Below are positions 38,828 through 48,182 of a stretch of DNA of 48,487 bases, piece after piece. Numbering within the stretch: position 1 is the first letter of the stretch; each line of letters opens with the position of its first letter. Position numbers and translations under genes: made by a program. The DNA is taken from the NCBI GenBank assembly GCA_041082215.1, contig JBDOIF010000047.1, forward strand, positions 62,001 to 110,487, given 5' to 3'. Source of the DNA: Anaerolineae bacterium. GTDB lineage: Bacteria > Chloroflexota > Anaerolineae > B4-G1 > DUEL01. The notes beneath the pieces are model-generated. The model saw only the letters and a program-made list of their open reading frames with translations, ran no database searches and had not been told where the DNA came from.

Positions 38828-39037
38828 CTACAAAGCCCTCACATGGACGGCTTGCAGTCCCTTCGGGGTCTGCTCGACGGAAAACTCCACACGCTGGCCC
38901 TCGCGCAGCGTGCGGAACCCGTCCCCCTCGATCGCCGAGAAGTGGACGAAGACATCGTCCCCGCTCTCCCGAGAGATAAAGCCATACCCCTTGGCATCGC
39001 TGAACCACTTGACGATTCCGGTCTCTCTCTCTTTCAC
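38828..39037 (-). CDS. Cold-shock domain protein
   Basis: [24 protein letters not shown] start. Confidence 0.95.
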   Translation of the reverse strand: MKERETGIVKWFSDAKGYGFISRESGDDVFVHFSAIEGDGFRTLREGQRVEFSVEQTPKGLQAVHVRAL

Positions 39038-39166
39038 TTCCTGCTACTCCTTACATTTGGTGATTCTCGGGCGAAGCTACCCCACCGTGGCAAACAAAGA
39101 GCGCCCGGCCTCCGCAAGCCTGGGCGGTTTCTCTACCACAGACAGAACTTGCTTCGTCCCACTCTT

Positions 39167-39206
39167 AGTGTACCACCCTTGCGCTAAAAGGTCAAATCGG
39201 TATAAT
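39167..39206. promoter_or_regulatory. Overlapping divergent sigma70-type promoters (csp leftward, MBL rightward)
   Basis: Minus: TTGACC(39195-90)-17-TACACT(39172-67); plus: TTGCGC(39179-84)-16-TATAAT(39201-06). Confidence 0.65.
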
Positions 39207-39210
39207 CCAC

Positions 39211-39402
39211 AGGTGTATTTCAGCTTGGGGGCGAGATGTCCCTGGCCCGGGCCGGACCTGGGGAAACACGAATGGCGCGAATGGAAACGAATGCCACGAA
39301 TGGAGCAGGTATCCCTCCTGTTCGCTGTATTCGGGCCATTCGCGGGATTTGCGATCCACCGGCGAGCGAGAGGACCACTCGCCCCGAAATTGAAATACGC
39401 CC
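39211..39402 (+). mobile_element. MITE family A, copy 3 (192 bp)
   Basis: Both TIRs; degenerate 8-bp flanks TAATCCAC/TGATCCAT. Confidence 0.9.
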
Positions 39403-39449
39403 TGATCCATGAAGGGGAAAACGGATAAGCGAATGCCAAGGAGGCCCGC

Positions 39450-40073
39450 ATGCTCTTGCGCTCTGTTGTCGTCGGCATCACGCAGACCAACTGTTACGTC
39501 GTCGGCTGTGAGCAGAGCCGGGAAGGGGTGGTGATTGACCCCGGTGGACACCCGGAGCGGGTTCTGCGGGTTGTCCGGGAGATGGGCCTCGCCGTCCGTT
39601 ATGTCCTGAACACCCACTGCCACTTCGATCATATGGCGGCCAACGCCGATGTGGTGGCCGCTACCGGGGCGATGCTGGCCCTCCATCCGGCAGAACTGCC
39701 CATCCTCCAGGCCCGGGGCGGGGCCTCATGGTTCGGCGTGCCGGTGAAGGAAAGCCCCCTTCCGGACCTGGAGCTGGAGGACGGGCAGGCGCTGGAGGTG
39801 GGATCGCTTCGGTTCCAGGTTCTGCACACTCCCGGCCATTCCCCTGGCGGGGTGACGTTCTATCTGGAAGAGGAGGGGGTGGCTTTCGATGGGGACGTGC
39901 TCTTCGCCATGGGGGTAGGCCGCACCGACCTGCCTGGCGGCGATTGGGAGACGCTGATGCGTTCCATTCATGAGGTGCTCTTCGCCCTTCCCGACGACAC
40001 GGCCCTTTACCCCGGCCACGGCCCACAGACGACAGTGGGGCGAGAGAAGCGCTCCAACCCCTGGCTGACGTAG
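39450..40073 (+). CDS. MBL-fold metallo-hydrolase (glyoxalase II/YcbL-like)
   Basis: THCHFDH, TPGHSPG, GDVLF, GRTD, PGHG. Confidence 0.92.
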   Translation: MLLRSVVVGITQTNCYVVGCEQSREGVVIDPGGHPERVLRVVREMGLAVRYVLNTHCHFDHMAANADVVAATGAMLALHPAELPILQARGGASWFGVPVKESPLPDLELEDGQALEVGSLRFQVLHTPGHSPGGVTFYLEEEGVAFDGDVLFAMGVGRTDLPGGDWETLMRSIHEVLFALPDDTALYPGHGPQTTVGREKRSNPWLT

Positions 40074-40093
40074 GGGCAGGACTTGCCCTCTCT

Positions 40094-40912
40094 CTAGGCT
40101 ACCTGCCGCCCGGGGATGGGCGGCCCTCCAGCGTAGACGGCGGTCACTGCCATCCTTCCCGTCGGCGCCCCCAGCAGCCGACGCCCCCCCAGCCAGCGGC
40201 CCTTCGCCTGGAACGACACGATGTCCAGTGTGAGGAGGCAGGCGGCGACGGGGGCACCGACCGGCAGCTCCACCAGCAGCTCCCCATCCGGCCCGCCCGC
40301 ACAGGCCAGCGCCCGCTCCCCAGCCGGCTGGAGGGAGAGGACCGGCGCGATCCGCGGGTAGCCCTCTCCATCCAGAAAGGCCAGCACCCGTACTGCTGTG
40401 ATCGGGCGGAACCCTTCCCGCACCGGCAGCGGCATCTCCACCCCTTCTCCCGGGGGGGCGGGATGGCGGGCGGCCAGCCGGGCCAGCAGATAGTCGGCCA
40501 GGACGCGGAGCCTGGAGAGCCGAAAGTGGCCCGACACCTCCCGCACGGTCACGATCCCGGCGTTGCGGATGCCGGTGTAGGCGTTGTACCGCAGGAGATC
40601 GGTGCTCATAATCCGGTCCACGTAGGGGCCGGTCCGTTGCCAGCCGGCGAAATCCCCTCGCAGCACCCATCCTACCAGGTCGGTGGTCATCACCAGGATG
40701 CCCACCCGCGGGTCGGCGTCGAGGTTCCGCACCGACTTACGCAGCAGGAAGTTGCCGAAGATCAGCCGGTCCTCCACATCTCCTGCCGGCATCAACGAAG
40801 TGCACGGCACCACGTTCGGCACCCCGTCGGGGGAGCGAGTGGCAAGGAATTTGGGGGTCATCTCGTGGGAGAGGGCCTCCAGCAGGCCAGGATAAGATGT
40901 GAGGAGGGACAT
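40094..40912 (-). CDS. Tandem pyridoxamine 5'-phosphate oxidase-like (split-barrel) protein
   Basis: FLATRSPDGVPNVVP..KSVRNLDADPRV and a second degenerate LAFLDGEGYPRIAP; start ATG 40912 with RBS AGGAGG. Confidence 0.7.
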   Translation of the reverse strand: MSLLTSYPGLLEALSHEMTPKFLATRSPDGVPNVVPCTSLMPAGDVEDRLIFGNFLLRKSVRNLDADPRVGILVMTTDLVGWVLRGDFAGWQRTGPYVDRIMSTDLLRYNAYTGIRNAGIVTVREVSGHFRLSRLRVLADYLLARLAARHPAPPGEGVEMPLPVREGFRPITAVRVLAFLDGEGYPRIAPVLSLQPAGERALACAGGPDGELLVELPVGAPVAACLLTLDIVSFQAKGRWLGGRRLLGAPTGRMAVTAVYAGGPPIPGRQVA

Positions 40913-40958
40913 GGTTGCCTCCTGAGATAAGGGTAAAGCGTCAGGCGTCAAACGTCAA

Positions 40959-41873
40959 TCAGCGAGTTGCGCCGGACCAGCGGGCGGTGGCGACCCGCTG
41001 CAGGGCGACGGCGTAGAGGGCTTCCATCTCGGCGCGGGTCAGAAGCGGCGCTCCTTCCAGCGCGTAGGGCCGGTCCAGCCGATGGTACTTGGGCTGGCCC
41101 AGGTTGGTGTAGGCCAGCAGGTCCCACCGCTCCACCGTGGGCAGCTCGGCGGCGATGAAGTCGCCGATGGCGGCGATGTTCGCCTCGTCCGCCGTGTAGC
41201 CGGGGATGACGGGGGTACGGACCCACATCGGCTTGCCCGCCGCGGCCAAGCGTTGCCCGTTCTCCAGAATCAGCCGGTTATCCACGCCGGTGGCTTCCCG
41301 GTGGCGGTCGGCGTCGAAAAGCTTGAGATCGTAGAGGACCAGGTCCACCCACGGCAGGACCCGCTCGTACCGTTCCCAGGTCGCAGCTCCACAGGTGTCC
41401 AGTGCCACGTGGATGCCGGCCTCGTGGCAGAGCCAGGCCAGAACGGCGACGAAGTCGGCCTGTCGCATCGGCTCGCCGCCGGAGAAGGTTACCCCGCCGC
41501 CGGAGGTGTCGTAGAAGATGCGGTCCTTCTCCACCTCAGCGAAGAGCGTCTCCGGCGTCCACTCCCTGCCGATGACCTCCAGCGCCGCGGCCGGGCAGGC
41601 CTGGGCGCAGGCCCCGCAGACGGTGCATCGCTCCCGATCAATGCGCATCCCCTCTGGAGTGAGCTCCAGGGCATCCTCCGGACAGGCGGTGAGGCAATCC
41701 CGGGCGCCGATGCAGCGGACGTCGTACCAGACCAGTTCGGGGTGGGGGGAGATCCCCTCCGGGTTGTGACACCACGCACAGCGGAGGGGGCAGCCCTTGA
41801 AGAAGACGGTCGTGCGGATGCCGGGGCCGTCCTCGGTGCTGAAGCGCTGGATGTTGAAAGTGATGCCGGTCAT
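40959..41873 (-). CDS. Glycyl-radical enzyme activating enzyme (radical SAM with ferredoxin insert)
   Basis: NIQRFSTEDGPGIRTTVFFKGCPLRCAWCHNPE, GGVTFSGGEP; ATG 41873 overlaps upstream stop. Confidence 0.95.
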   Translation of the reverse strand: MTGITFNIQRFSTEDGPGIRTTVFFKGCPLRCAWCHNPEGISPHPELVWYDVRCIGARDCLTACPEDALELTPEGMRIDRERCTVCGACAQACPAAALEVIGREWTPETLFAEVEKDRIFYDTSGGGVTFSGGEPMRQADFVAVLAWLCHEAGIHVALDTCGAATWERYERVLPWVDLVLYDLKLFDADRHREATGVDNRLILENGQRLAAAGKPMWVRTPVIPGYTADEANIAAIGDFIAAELPTVERWDLLAYTNLGQPKYHRLDRPYALEGAPLLTRAEMEALYAVALQRVATARWSGATR

Positions 41874-42145
41874 AGCCTTTGTGTTTTCACGGTCCATCTC
41901 CGCCGGGCCAGCGCAAAAAGGGCGATGCCGACCCAGGCGATGTTGATGCCTACAGAGGGAAAGGCCCGGTAATAGGCGGAGTTCACGATCAGAAGCAGGC
42001 TTCCCAGGGCGTTCAGCGCCTGGTAGAGGGGCGAATCGCCCTCCAGTTTGCGTATGGAGACCAGCGCGTAGGCCACCAGCAGGGCGACGACGCCGCTCCA
42101 GCCCGCGATGTCTATCCAGAGGTTGGGTAGCATATCACTCGCCAT
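41870..42145 (-). CDS. Small three-TM membrane protein (CBU_0592-like)
   Basis: GW.G...LL.AY.L.S, YQALNALGS, NIAW. Confidence 0.75.
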   Translation of the reverse strand: MASDMLPNLWIDIAGWSGVVALLVAYALVSIRKLEGDSPLYQALNALGSLLLIVNSAYYRAFPSVGINIAWVGIALFALARRRWTVKTQRL

Positions 42146-42147
42146 TA

Positions 42148-44553
42148 CTACAGTGCGTGGCTCTCCCGCGCGATGATCTCGTCCTGAATCTCCTTCCCCA
42201 GCATCACGAAGTAGGCGTTGTAGCCGGTGACGCGGACCAGCAGGTTGCGGTAGGCATCGGGGTCCTTCTGGGCCGCCCGCAGCGTCTCCGGGCTGACCAC
42301 ATTGACCTGCAGGCAGGTGCCGCCCACCCTGCCATAGGCCCGCAACAGCGCCGCCAGCTTCCGCCGGTGTTCGGGGTCGCGCAGCATGGCGGGGGAAAAG
42401 CTCATCGTGTGGGAGGCGCCGTTGGGAGCTGTCTCCAGCCCCAGATGGCCTGCACTCCGGATCACAGCGGTCGGCCCCAGCCGGTCCGCCCCGTTGACGG
42501 GGCAGATGCCATTGCTGAGGAACTGGCCCCGCACCCGGCCGTCGGGTGTGGCTCCGGTGGAGGGCGCATAGGCCACCCAGTAGTTCCAGGAGAGGTAGCC
42601 GCCCCGATACCGCTTGCCGGTCTCAGGGGTGGTGTGCCTGAACGCCTCCGTGGTCCAGAACCGACTGATCTCCCGCGCCAGGTCGTCCGCATACGGGTCG
42701 TCGTTGCCGTACTTGGGGGCCTTGTTGAGCAGGGTCTGCCGCAGCGGCTCGTACCCCTGGAAATTGGCGTCCAGTGCCCGCACCAGCTCCTCCATCGTCA
42801 CCGCCCGCTCGTCGTAGACCAGCTTCTTCACTGCCGCCAGGCTGTCGGCGGCGGTGGCCAGGGCCACCCCTTCGACGGTGATGAAATTGTACCGCGCCCC
42901 GCCAGCGGCGATGTCCCTCCCGCTTTCCAGGCAGCCGTCCACCAGCGCGCTGAGGTAGGGGGTTGGCTCGAAGCGGGCCCGGCCAGTGTCGGCGATGTCG
43001 TTGGCCCGGATCAGGAGCTCCAGGGTAGCCTTGAGCTGGGCCTTGAAGGCGTCGAAGAACCGGTCAAAGGTGGAGAAGGTGCGCGGATCGCCGGTGCGGG
43101 GGCCGACCTGCTCGCCGGTAGCCGCGTCCTTCCCATCGTGGAGGGCCAGCTCCACCGCCTTGGCGATGTTCAGATTGACGTCCACCGTGCCGGAGCGGTC
43201 GCATCCCTGGAGGGTGTTCTCCAGGCAGCCCACAGGGGCGTAGTCCCAGAGCTCCTCCTCCGGCAGCCCCTCCCAGCGCAGGCCGGCGATGGAGTTTTCG
43301 TCGAAGTTCAGCAGGAACGGGCTACCCTGGGCGCTGGCGATCATCTCCACCACCCGGTCCAGGAGCCGGTCCGGGGTCCTGGCATGGAGGCGGATGTTGG
43401 GCTTGGGTTCCAGCAGATTCATCTCCTCGATCACGTCCAGGATCAGGTAGGTCAGCTCGTTGCTGGCGTCCTCTCCCTTCTCGTCCATTCCGCCGAGGGT
43501 GATGAGCTGGCCGAAGGAGGAATTGATCCCCTGGTTGGTGCCCACCCAGCCCTGGTAGTCGTAGGCGTAGTTGTGCTTGATCCAGAGGCACTGGAGCCAT
43601 TCCCTGGCCTGATAGGGGGTGAGGCGGCCGGCTTCGACGTCGGCTTTGTAATAGGGGTAGAGGTACTGGTCAATACGGCCGGGGGAGAGGCCGGGGCCGG
43701 GGTAGCTTTCCGCCACCATCGCCAGCATATGGGTGAACCAGAGGGACTGGAGCGCTTCGGGAAAGGTCTCCGCCGGCTCCCAGGGCACCCTGCGGCAGAT
43801 ACGGGCGATCTCGACCAGCTCGGCCCTCCGCCCGGGGTCGTTTTCCTGCCCGGCCAGCCGTTCCGCCTCGTCGGCGTATCGCCCCATCAGCGCCCGAACC
43901 CCGTCGGCACAGATGGAGATAGCGCGGGCCAGGTCCCGCTGCTCCGGCGTGGAGAGAGGATCGGCGGCGATCGCATCCGCTTCCTCTTTGATGGCCCGAA
44001 AGCCGAAACGGAGGACGCGGGGGTAGTTGGGGATGAGGTGGCCAGGGACCGCGCCGCAATTGCCCACGCCCAGCCGGTTCAGCCGCGTCACCTCTTTGAG
44101 GAACCGCCTCTCCATCTGGGCGTACTGGCGGGCCTCGGTGCGGGTGAGGCTGCGGGAGAGAGCGGTGCAGAAGTGGGAGCCGACGATCAGCTCTCCTTCC
44201 AGGATCTGGACCGGCAAATAAGCTTCCAGTACGCGCTGGAAGAAGAGGGCCCGCCGCACCACCAGCGGCTCCTCCCAGAAGCCGGGGGGAAGCTCTACCT
44301 TCGTAGCGTCGGCCAGAAGGTAGGCCTTCGCTCCCTGGAGGAACATCAGCATCTCCGGCACGTTGGTCCAGTTCCAGGGGGCATAGACCTGGTCCCAGGG
44401 GGTGCCGGTGGTGTAGGCGCGGACCTCGTTGGTGTATGCCCGGTTGTAGAAATCCCAGAACTGATCCCGCAGCCGCTGGACGCGGGGGCTGAGGGTATCG
44501 GCGGGGGACCAGAGCTCGGTGGGAGCCGTGATTTCGATCGCTGAGGTAGCCAT
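42148..44553 (-). CDS. Glycyl radical enzyme (PFL2/dehydratase-like), substrate unknown
   Basis: 801 aa from MATSAIE; SPGRIDQYLYPYY, Cys loop PVGCLE, APKYGNDD, ATPDGR, glycyl loop LLVRVTGYNAYF. Confidence 0.95.
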   Translation of the reverse strand: MATSAIEITAPTELWSPADTLSPRVQRLRDQFWDFYNRAYTNEVRAYTTGTPWDQVYAPWNWTNVPEMLMFLQGAKAYLLADATKVELPPGFWEEPLVVRRALFFQRVLEAYLPVQILEGELIVGSHFCTALSRSLTRTEARQYAQMERRFLKEVTRLNRLGVGNCGAVPGHLIPNYPRVLRFGFRAIKEEADAIAADPLSTPEQRDLARAISICADGVRALMGRYADEAERLAGQENDPGRRAELVEIARICRRVPWEPAETFPEALQSLWFTHMLAMVAESYPGPGLSPGRIDQYLYPYYKADVEAGRLTPYQAREWLQCLWIKHNYAYDYQGWVGTNQGINSSFGQLITLGGMDEKGEDASNELTYLILDVIEEMNLLEPKPNIRLHARTPDRLLDRVVEMIASAQGSPFLLNFDENSIAGLRWEGLPEEELWDYAPVGCLENTLQGCDRSGTVDVNLNIAKAVELALHDGKDAATGEQVGPRTGDPRTFSTFDRFFDAFKAQLKATLELLIRANDIADTGRARFEPTPYLSALVDGCLESGRDIAAGGARYNFITVEGVALATAADSLAAVKKLVYDERAVTMEELVRALDANFQGYEPLRQTLLNKAPKYGNDDPYADDLAREISRFWTTEAFRHTTPETGKRYRGGYLSWNYWVAYAPSTGATPDGRVRGQFLSNGICPVNGADRLGPTAVIRSAGHLGLETAPNGASHTMSFSPAMLRDPEHRRKLAALLRAYGRVGGTCLQVNVVSPETLRAAQKDPDAYRNLLVRVTGYNAYFVMLGKEIQDEIIARESHAL

Positions 44554-44554
44554 C

Positions 44555-45394
44555 TTAGGCCTCCTCTCGGCCTGCGGCCTGGCCGCCCGTTGCTCTCCGG
44601 GGCGACCTGGTGAACCGTTGCGGTCCATAGACCAGGATGATGATGACAGCAACAACGGTTGTCACTCCAACCACAAAGATGTAGGAGGATACGAAAGCCC
44701 CTAACTCAAGCAAAACGGAAGCCACTGTATTGGACATAGCGTGGAACACGCTCACGAAGAACAGGCTGTGCGCGGTGTTCAGATATAGCCAGGTGTAGAT
44801 CACCGTCAGGGACAGGCTGAAGAGGATTTCCCCGTACCACGGCAGGCCCCACATCGGCGAAGAGGGGTTCAACATCAGGGGCAGATGCCACAGGCTCCAC
44901 GACAGTCCCATAATCAAGACGATCTGCAGGTCCGTGTACTTTTGCTGGAGACGGGGCAGCGCAAATCCGCGCCAGCCGATCTCTTCCCAGACGTTTGAAA
45001 GCAGCATGGTGACGAATATCGGGAGCAGACTGGCCCACGCGAATCGGCCAAGCGCTGGAAACGGCTGACCGGAGATCGCTCCCAGGCTGAGGGCGATGGC
45101 CGCCACGATAAACCAGAAGCCAAAGGTCAATACAAACCACCAGGGCGAGGCCCGTAATCTGAACAGGGGGCCGAACAGGTTTCGGATGCCGTCCTTCTCC
45201 CGAAGCGCCAGAACCACGACCAGTGCCGCGATCGTCGGCCCCACGCCGCCCAGGAGGTTGAATAACGGACTGTCGAAGGGGAATACGCCGCGCGCGTGCA
45301 GTGCTTGCGGAACCCATCCCAGCCAGGAGAACACAAAGGCCAGGATGTAAAACGCCATCACAGGATGTCGCTTGATCGCGTTTCTGTTGTCCAT
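44555..45394 (-). CDS. CPBP/Abi (type II CAAX) intramembrane protease
   Basis: EEIGWRG, WSLWH, HAMSN; start ATG 45394. Confidence 0.9.
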   Translation of the reverse strand: MDNRNAIKRHPVMAFYILAFVFSWLGWVPQALHARGVFPFDSPLFNLLGGVGPTIAALVVVLALREKDGIRNLFGPLFRLRASPWWFVLTFGFWFIVAAIALSLGAISGQPFPALGRFAWASLLPIFVTMLLSNVWEEIGWRGFALPRLQQKYTDLQIVLIMGLSWSLWHLPLMLNPSSPMWGLPWYGEILFSLSLTVIYTWLYLNTAHSLFFVSVFHAMSNTVASVLLELGAFVSSYIFVVGVTTVVAVIIILVYGPQRFTRSPRRATGGQAAGREEA

Positions 45395-45413
45395 ATAGGC
45401 TCTCCTATTCGGT

Positions 45414-46190
45414 TCAGGCGGCGAACACCCGGTTACGCAAAATGCCGATTCTCTCCACCTCGACCTCGACCACATCCCCCGGATGGAGCGGCCCCACGCC
45501 GGCGGGAGTGCCGGTGAGGAAGAGGTCGCCCGGCTCCAGGGTCATCACCGCCGAGGCATAGGCGATGAGGGCGGCGGGGGAGAAGACCATCTCCGAGGTG
45601 CGCCCGTGCTGGCGGATCTCCCCGTTAACCCGGCATATGACTGCCAGATCGGCCACATCCGCTTCGGAGAGGCCGGTCACCACCCAGGGGCCCACCGGGC
45701 AGAAGGTATCGAACCCCTTGGCGCGGGTCCACTGCCCGTCCCGCCGCTGCAGATCGCGGGCGGTAACGTCATTGGCGCAGGTCACCCCCCACACACACTC
45801 CCAGGCCTCCTCGGGCCGCACGTTCCGGCAGCGGCGGCCGATCACCACCGCCAGCTCCGCCTCGTAGTCCACCTGCGCCGACTGGGGCGGCAGATAGATC
45901 GGCTGGCCGGGGCCGATCACTGCGCTGGGCGGCTTAAAGAATAGGAGTGGTTCGGGAGGGACCTCGGAGCCATGCTCGGCGGCATGGGCGGGATAGTTAC
46001 GGCCCACGCAGAGGATCTTGGTGGGGACGACGGGAGGCAGAAGGGGGAACTCCGCCAGAGACCCCACCTCCTCTCCCAACTCCCAGTCGGAAAAAGGGTT
46101 GCCCCGTAGTTCCCGGACTCCCCCATCGTCGGTCAGGAGGCCCCAGTGCGGGCCATTTCTGCTCCCGTAGCGCACGATCCTGGCTTGCAT
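45414..46190 (-). CDS. Fumarylacetoacetate hydrolase family protein
   Basis: [48 protein letters not shown]; start could be 46232. Confidence 0.92.
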   Translation of the reverse strand: MQARIVRYGSRNGPHWGLLTDDGGVRELRGNPFSDWELGEEVGSLAEFPLLPPVVPTKILCVGRNYPAHAAEHGSEVPPEPLLFFKPPSAVIGPGQPIYLPPQSAQVDYEAELAVVIGRRCRNVRPEEAWECVWGVTCANDVTARDLQRRDGQWTRAKGFDTFCPVGPWVVTGLSEADVADLAVICRVNGEIRQHGRTSEMVFSPAALIAYASAVMTLEPGDLFLTGTPAGVGPLHPGDVVEVEVERIGILRNRVFAA

Positions 46191-46274
46191 TCTGTATCCT
46201 GTCCTCTTCGCTTTGTAGAATACATTGGCCATCCGCTTGGCCCTCACCTCACCCCCTCCCGGTGAGGGCGGATT

Positions 46275-47147
46275 TCACTGCTCCCGGGGCCTGCAGCGCC
46301 TGACGTTAATGCGCTGCCCCATCTCGATCACCCCATCCTCCGCCACAGGGTAGGCCCGCCCGCAGCCTGCGCAGAAGTAGGCCTCCTCCCGGACAGGCAG
46401 GGGGGTGTAGCCGCATGCAGGGCAGCGGAGCACTTCCGGCAGAGGGCGCACGCCGCCGCCCCGGGGTATTCCCACCTTCACCGCCCAGGCCAGGTCGTAA
46501 TCAACCTGCCAGGGCTGAACATTCACCTCTTCCAGGCCCACGCTTTTGAGCAGCGCCTCGAAGGTCAGGCGGGGAAAGGTGCGTCCGGGCAGGAATGGGG
46601 CATCCCGTCCCACCCGGTTGGAGACCAAAAGGACCCCGCCCGGTCGGAGCACCCGTACCAGCTCCCTCAGCACTCCCTTTGGATCGGGCGTGAACTCCAG
46701 TACCTCCAGGCAGGTGACTGCGTCGAAGGAGTCATCCAGGAAGGGCAGGTTGCGTGCGTCCTGCCAGATGAGCGATACCCGGCCAGCGTAAGGGCGGAGC
46801 AGCCGGGCGGCCTGTCCCAGCATCCGTCGGGACAGGTCCACCCCCACCACTCGCCCCCGGAACCGGGGCTGGAAGAGCAGTGCGCGGGGCAATCGCCCGG
46901 TCCCGGTCCCCACGTCCAGCACCAGGGGGGCAGGGATCGCATCCAGGGCCTGGGCCAGCGGGAGGCCCAGGAACCACTGCTCGTAAGCGGCCTCGAACTG
47001 TTTGATTCGCTCATAGGCCGGAGCCGACCAGTCGTAGAGAAGGGCGACGATCCGGGGGCCCAGATAGGTCCCTTCGGCGATGACCAGTTGCCAGTAGGCC
47101 AGCGCCGCCAGCATCAGGAGACCGACCGCCAGGGGAACCCAGCTCAT
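46275..47147 (-). CDS. Class I SAM-dependent methyltransferase with N-terminal TM anchor and C-terminal zinc ribbon
   Basis: LDVGTGTG, VDLS, FDAVTCLE, RVLRPGG; CPAC..CAGC..YPV.DGVI. Confidence 0.85.
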   Translation of the reverse strand: MSWVPLAVGLLMLAALAYWQLVIAEGTYLGPRIVALLYDWSAPAYERIKQFEAAYEQWFLGLPLAQALDAIPAPLVLDVGTGTGRLPRALLFQPRFRGRVVGVDLSRRMLGQAARLLRPYAGRVSLIWQDARNLPFLDDSFDAVTCLEVLEFTPDPKGVLRELVRVLRPGGVLLVSNRVGRDAPFLPGRTFPRLTFEALLKSVGLEEVNVQPWQVDYDLAWAVKVGIPRGGGVRPLPEVLRCPACGYTPLPVREEAYFCAGCGRAYPVAEDGVIEMGQRINVRRCRPREQ

Positions 47148-47149
47148 TT

Positions 47150-48019
47150 CTACAGCGCACAGGCGGTCAGGAGCATACCCGCCGCCAGCCAGATCCAGGC
47201 CCGCCGTGTCCGTCTCCCATCGTCGGCCTGGGCGGAGAGAAGCCACTGGGGGACGAGGAAAAGGGCCAGGAAGGGCACGGCCAGGGGGCGATGCAACAGG
47301 ATAAGGAGAAGGGCCACTGCTGATTGCCCTGTCAGCTCCAGCAGTCGCCTCTGCCCCTTTTCGGTCTGGCTCATCCCCACAGCCGCTATGGAGAAGGCCG
47401 CTGCGACAAGGAGGGAGGAGAGAGTGAGGGGGGCAAAAAGGACGTGGCCCACAAGCCATGGCCACCCCACCCGTATAACCCCGTCCCACCCGGACCTGGG
47501 CGGAGCTTTACCTTTTTCAAGGACCAGAGCCAGTTGCATCATAGCCAGCAGGCCAAGGGTGAGCAGGAGCGGTCCCTGCCCCAGCGCCAGTGCCAGGGCG
47601 GTGGAAAGGAGAAGGCCGGCGGCCACGGTACCCAGGGCGCGCCCCGCCATCGGTGAAAGAACCCCCTGGCCCCATGCCCGTAGCTGGGCCAGCCAGCGGG
47701 CGATCCGTTCGGCGGGGGAGCCGGGGCGGGAGTAGGGTGGAAGGAGGGAGAGGGGAACCTCGCCCAGATACCAGTTACGCCACCGTCGGATGGGGGCAGC
47801 CCAATCGGTCGTCGCCAGGGCCTCCCACACCGCTCCCCATCCCGCCTCTACCAGCAGGAGGGCCAGGAGCAGCCGGACGGCTCCCTCCGGTGTGGCAGCA
47901 GGCATCCCGGAGGCAATGGCACCGCAGGCCGTTGCCCAGGCGGGGAGGAGCCAGGCCAGAAGGCTGCCCCCACGGAGGCGGAGTCGGATCAACCCACCGC
48001 TACGCAGTTCGGAGGTCAC
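47150..48019 (-). CDS. Polytopic membrane protein of unknown function, probably leaderless
   Basis: Multiple TM segments; GTG 48019 lies 6 nt after TGGTATAAT; upstream ORF extension is MITE DNA. Confidence 0.6.
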   Translation of the reverse strand: MTSELRSGGLIRLRLRGGSLLAWLLPAWATACGAIASGMPAATPEGAVRLLLALLLVEAGWGAVWEALATTDWAAPIRRWRNWYLGEVPLSLLPPYSRPGSPAERIARWLAQLRAWGQGVLSPMAGRALGTVAAGLLLSTALALALGQGPLLLTLGLLAMMQLALVLEKGKAPPRSGWDGVIRVGWPWLVGHVLFAPLTLSSLLVAAAFSIAAVGMSQTEKGQRRLLELTGQSAVALLLILLHRPLAVPFLALFLVPQWLLSAQADDGRRTRRAWIWLAAGMLLTACAL

Positions 48020-48148
48020 GGCTAGATTATACCACATCCGGTGGAGGAGGGTAGTTCCCTTTGGGGTGTTCGAAGCGAAAAGTGACCGGCATACCTCGGG
48101 CAGCCTTATGAGCGGCCGCTTCGACAAGCTCTGGCGGCTTGCCAGAAG

Positions 48149-48173
48149 CTCGCCCCCAAACTGAAATGCACCT
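48149..48173 (-). mobile_element. Orphan MITE-A left terminal repeat
   Basis: Reverse complement AGGTGCATTTCAGTTTGGGGGCGAG matches 18000-18024 at 25/25. Confidence 0.8.
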
Positions 48174-48182
48174 CCACTACAA

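Noticed and set aside
563..44544. Long antisense ORFs (563-2845, 3613-5007, 13150-15036, 15112-17142, 19725-21281, 26557-28218, 42157-44544)
   Set aside because: Shadows of real genes in GC-rich DNA; no recognisable motifs.
42148..44553. GRE as pyruvate formate-lyase or choline TMA-lyase
   Set aside because: No Cys-Cys pair; GCLE rather than GCVEP; no microcompartment genes.
18000..48173. 30-kb composite transposon between the two identical inverted ends
   Set aside because: Outer flanks differ (ATGGAAAG vs CCACTACA) and copy 2 has its own duplication.
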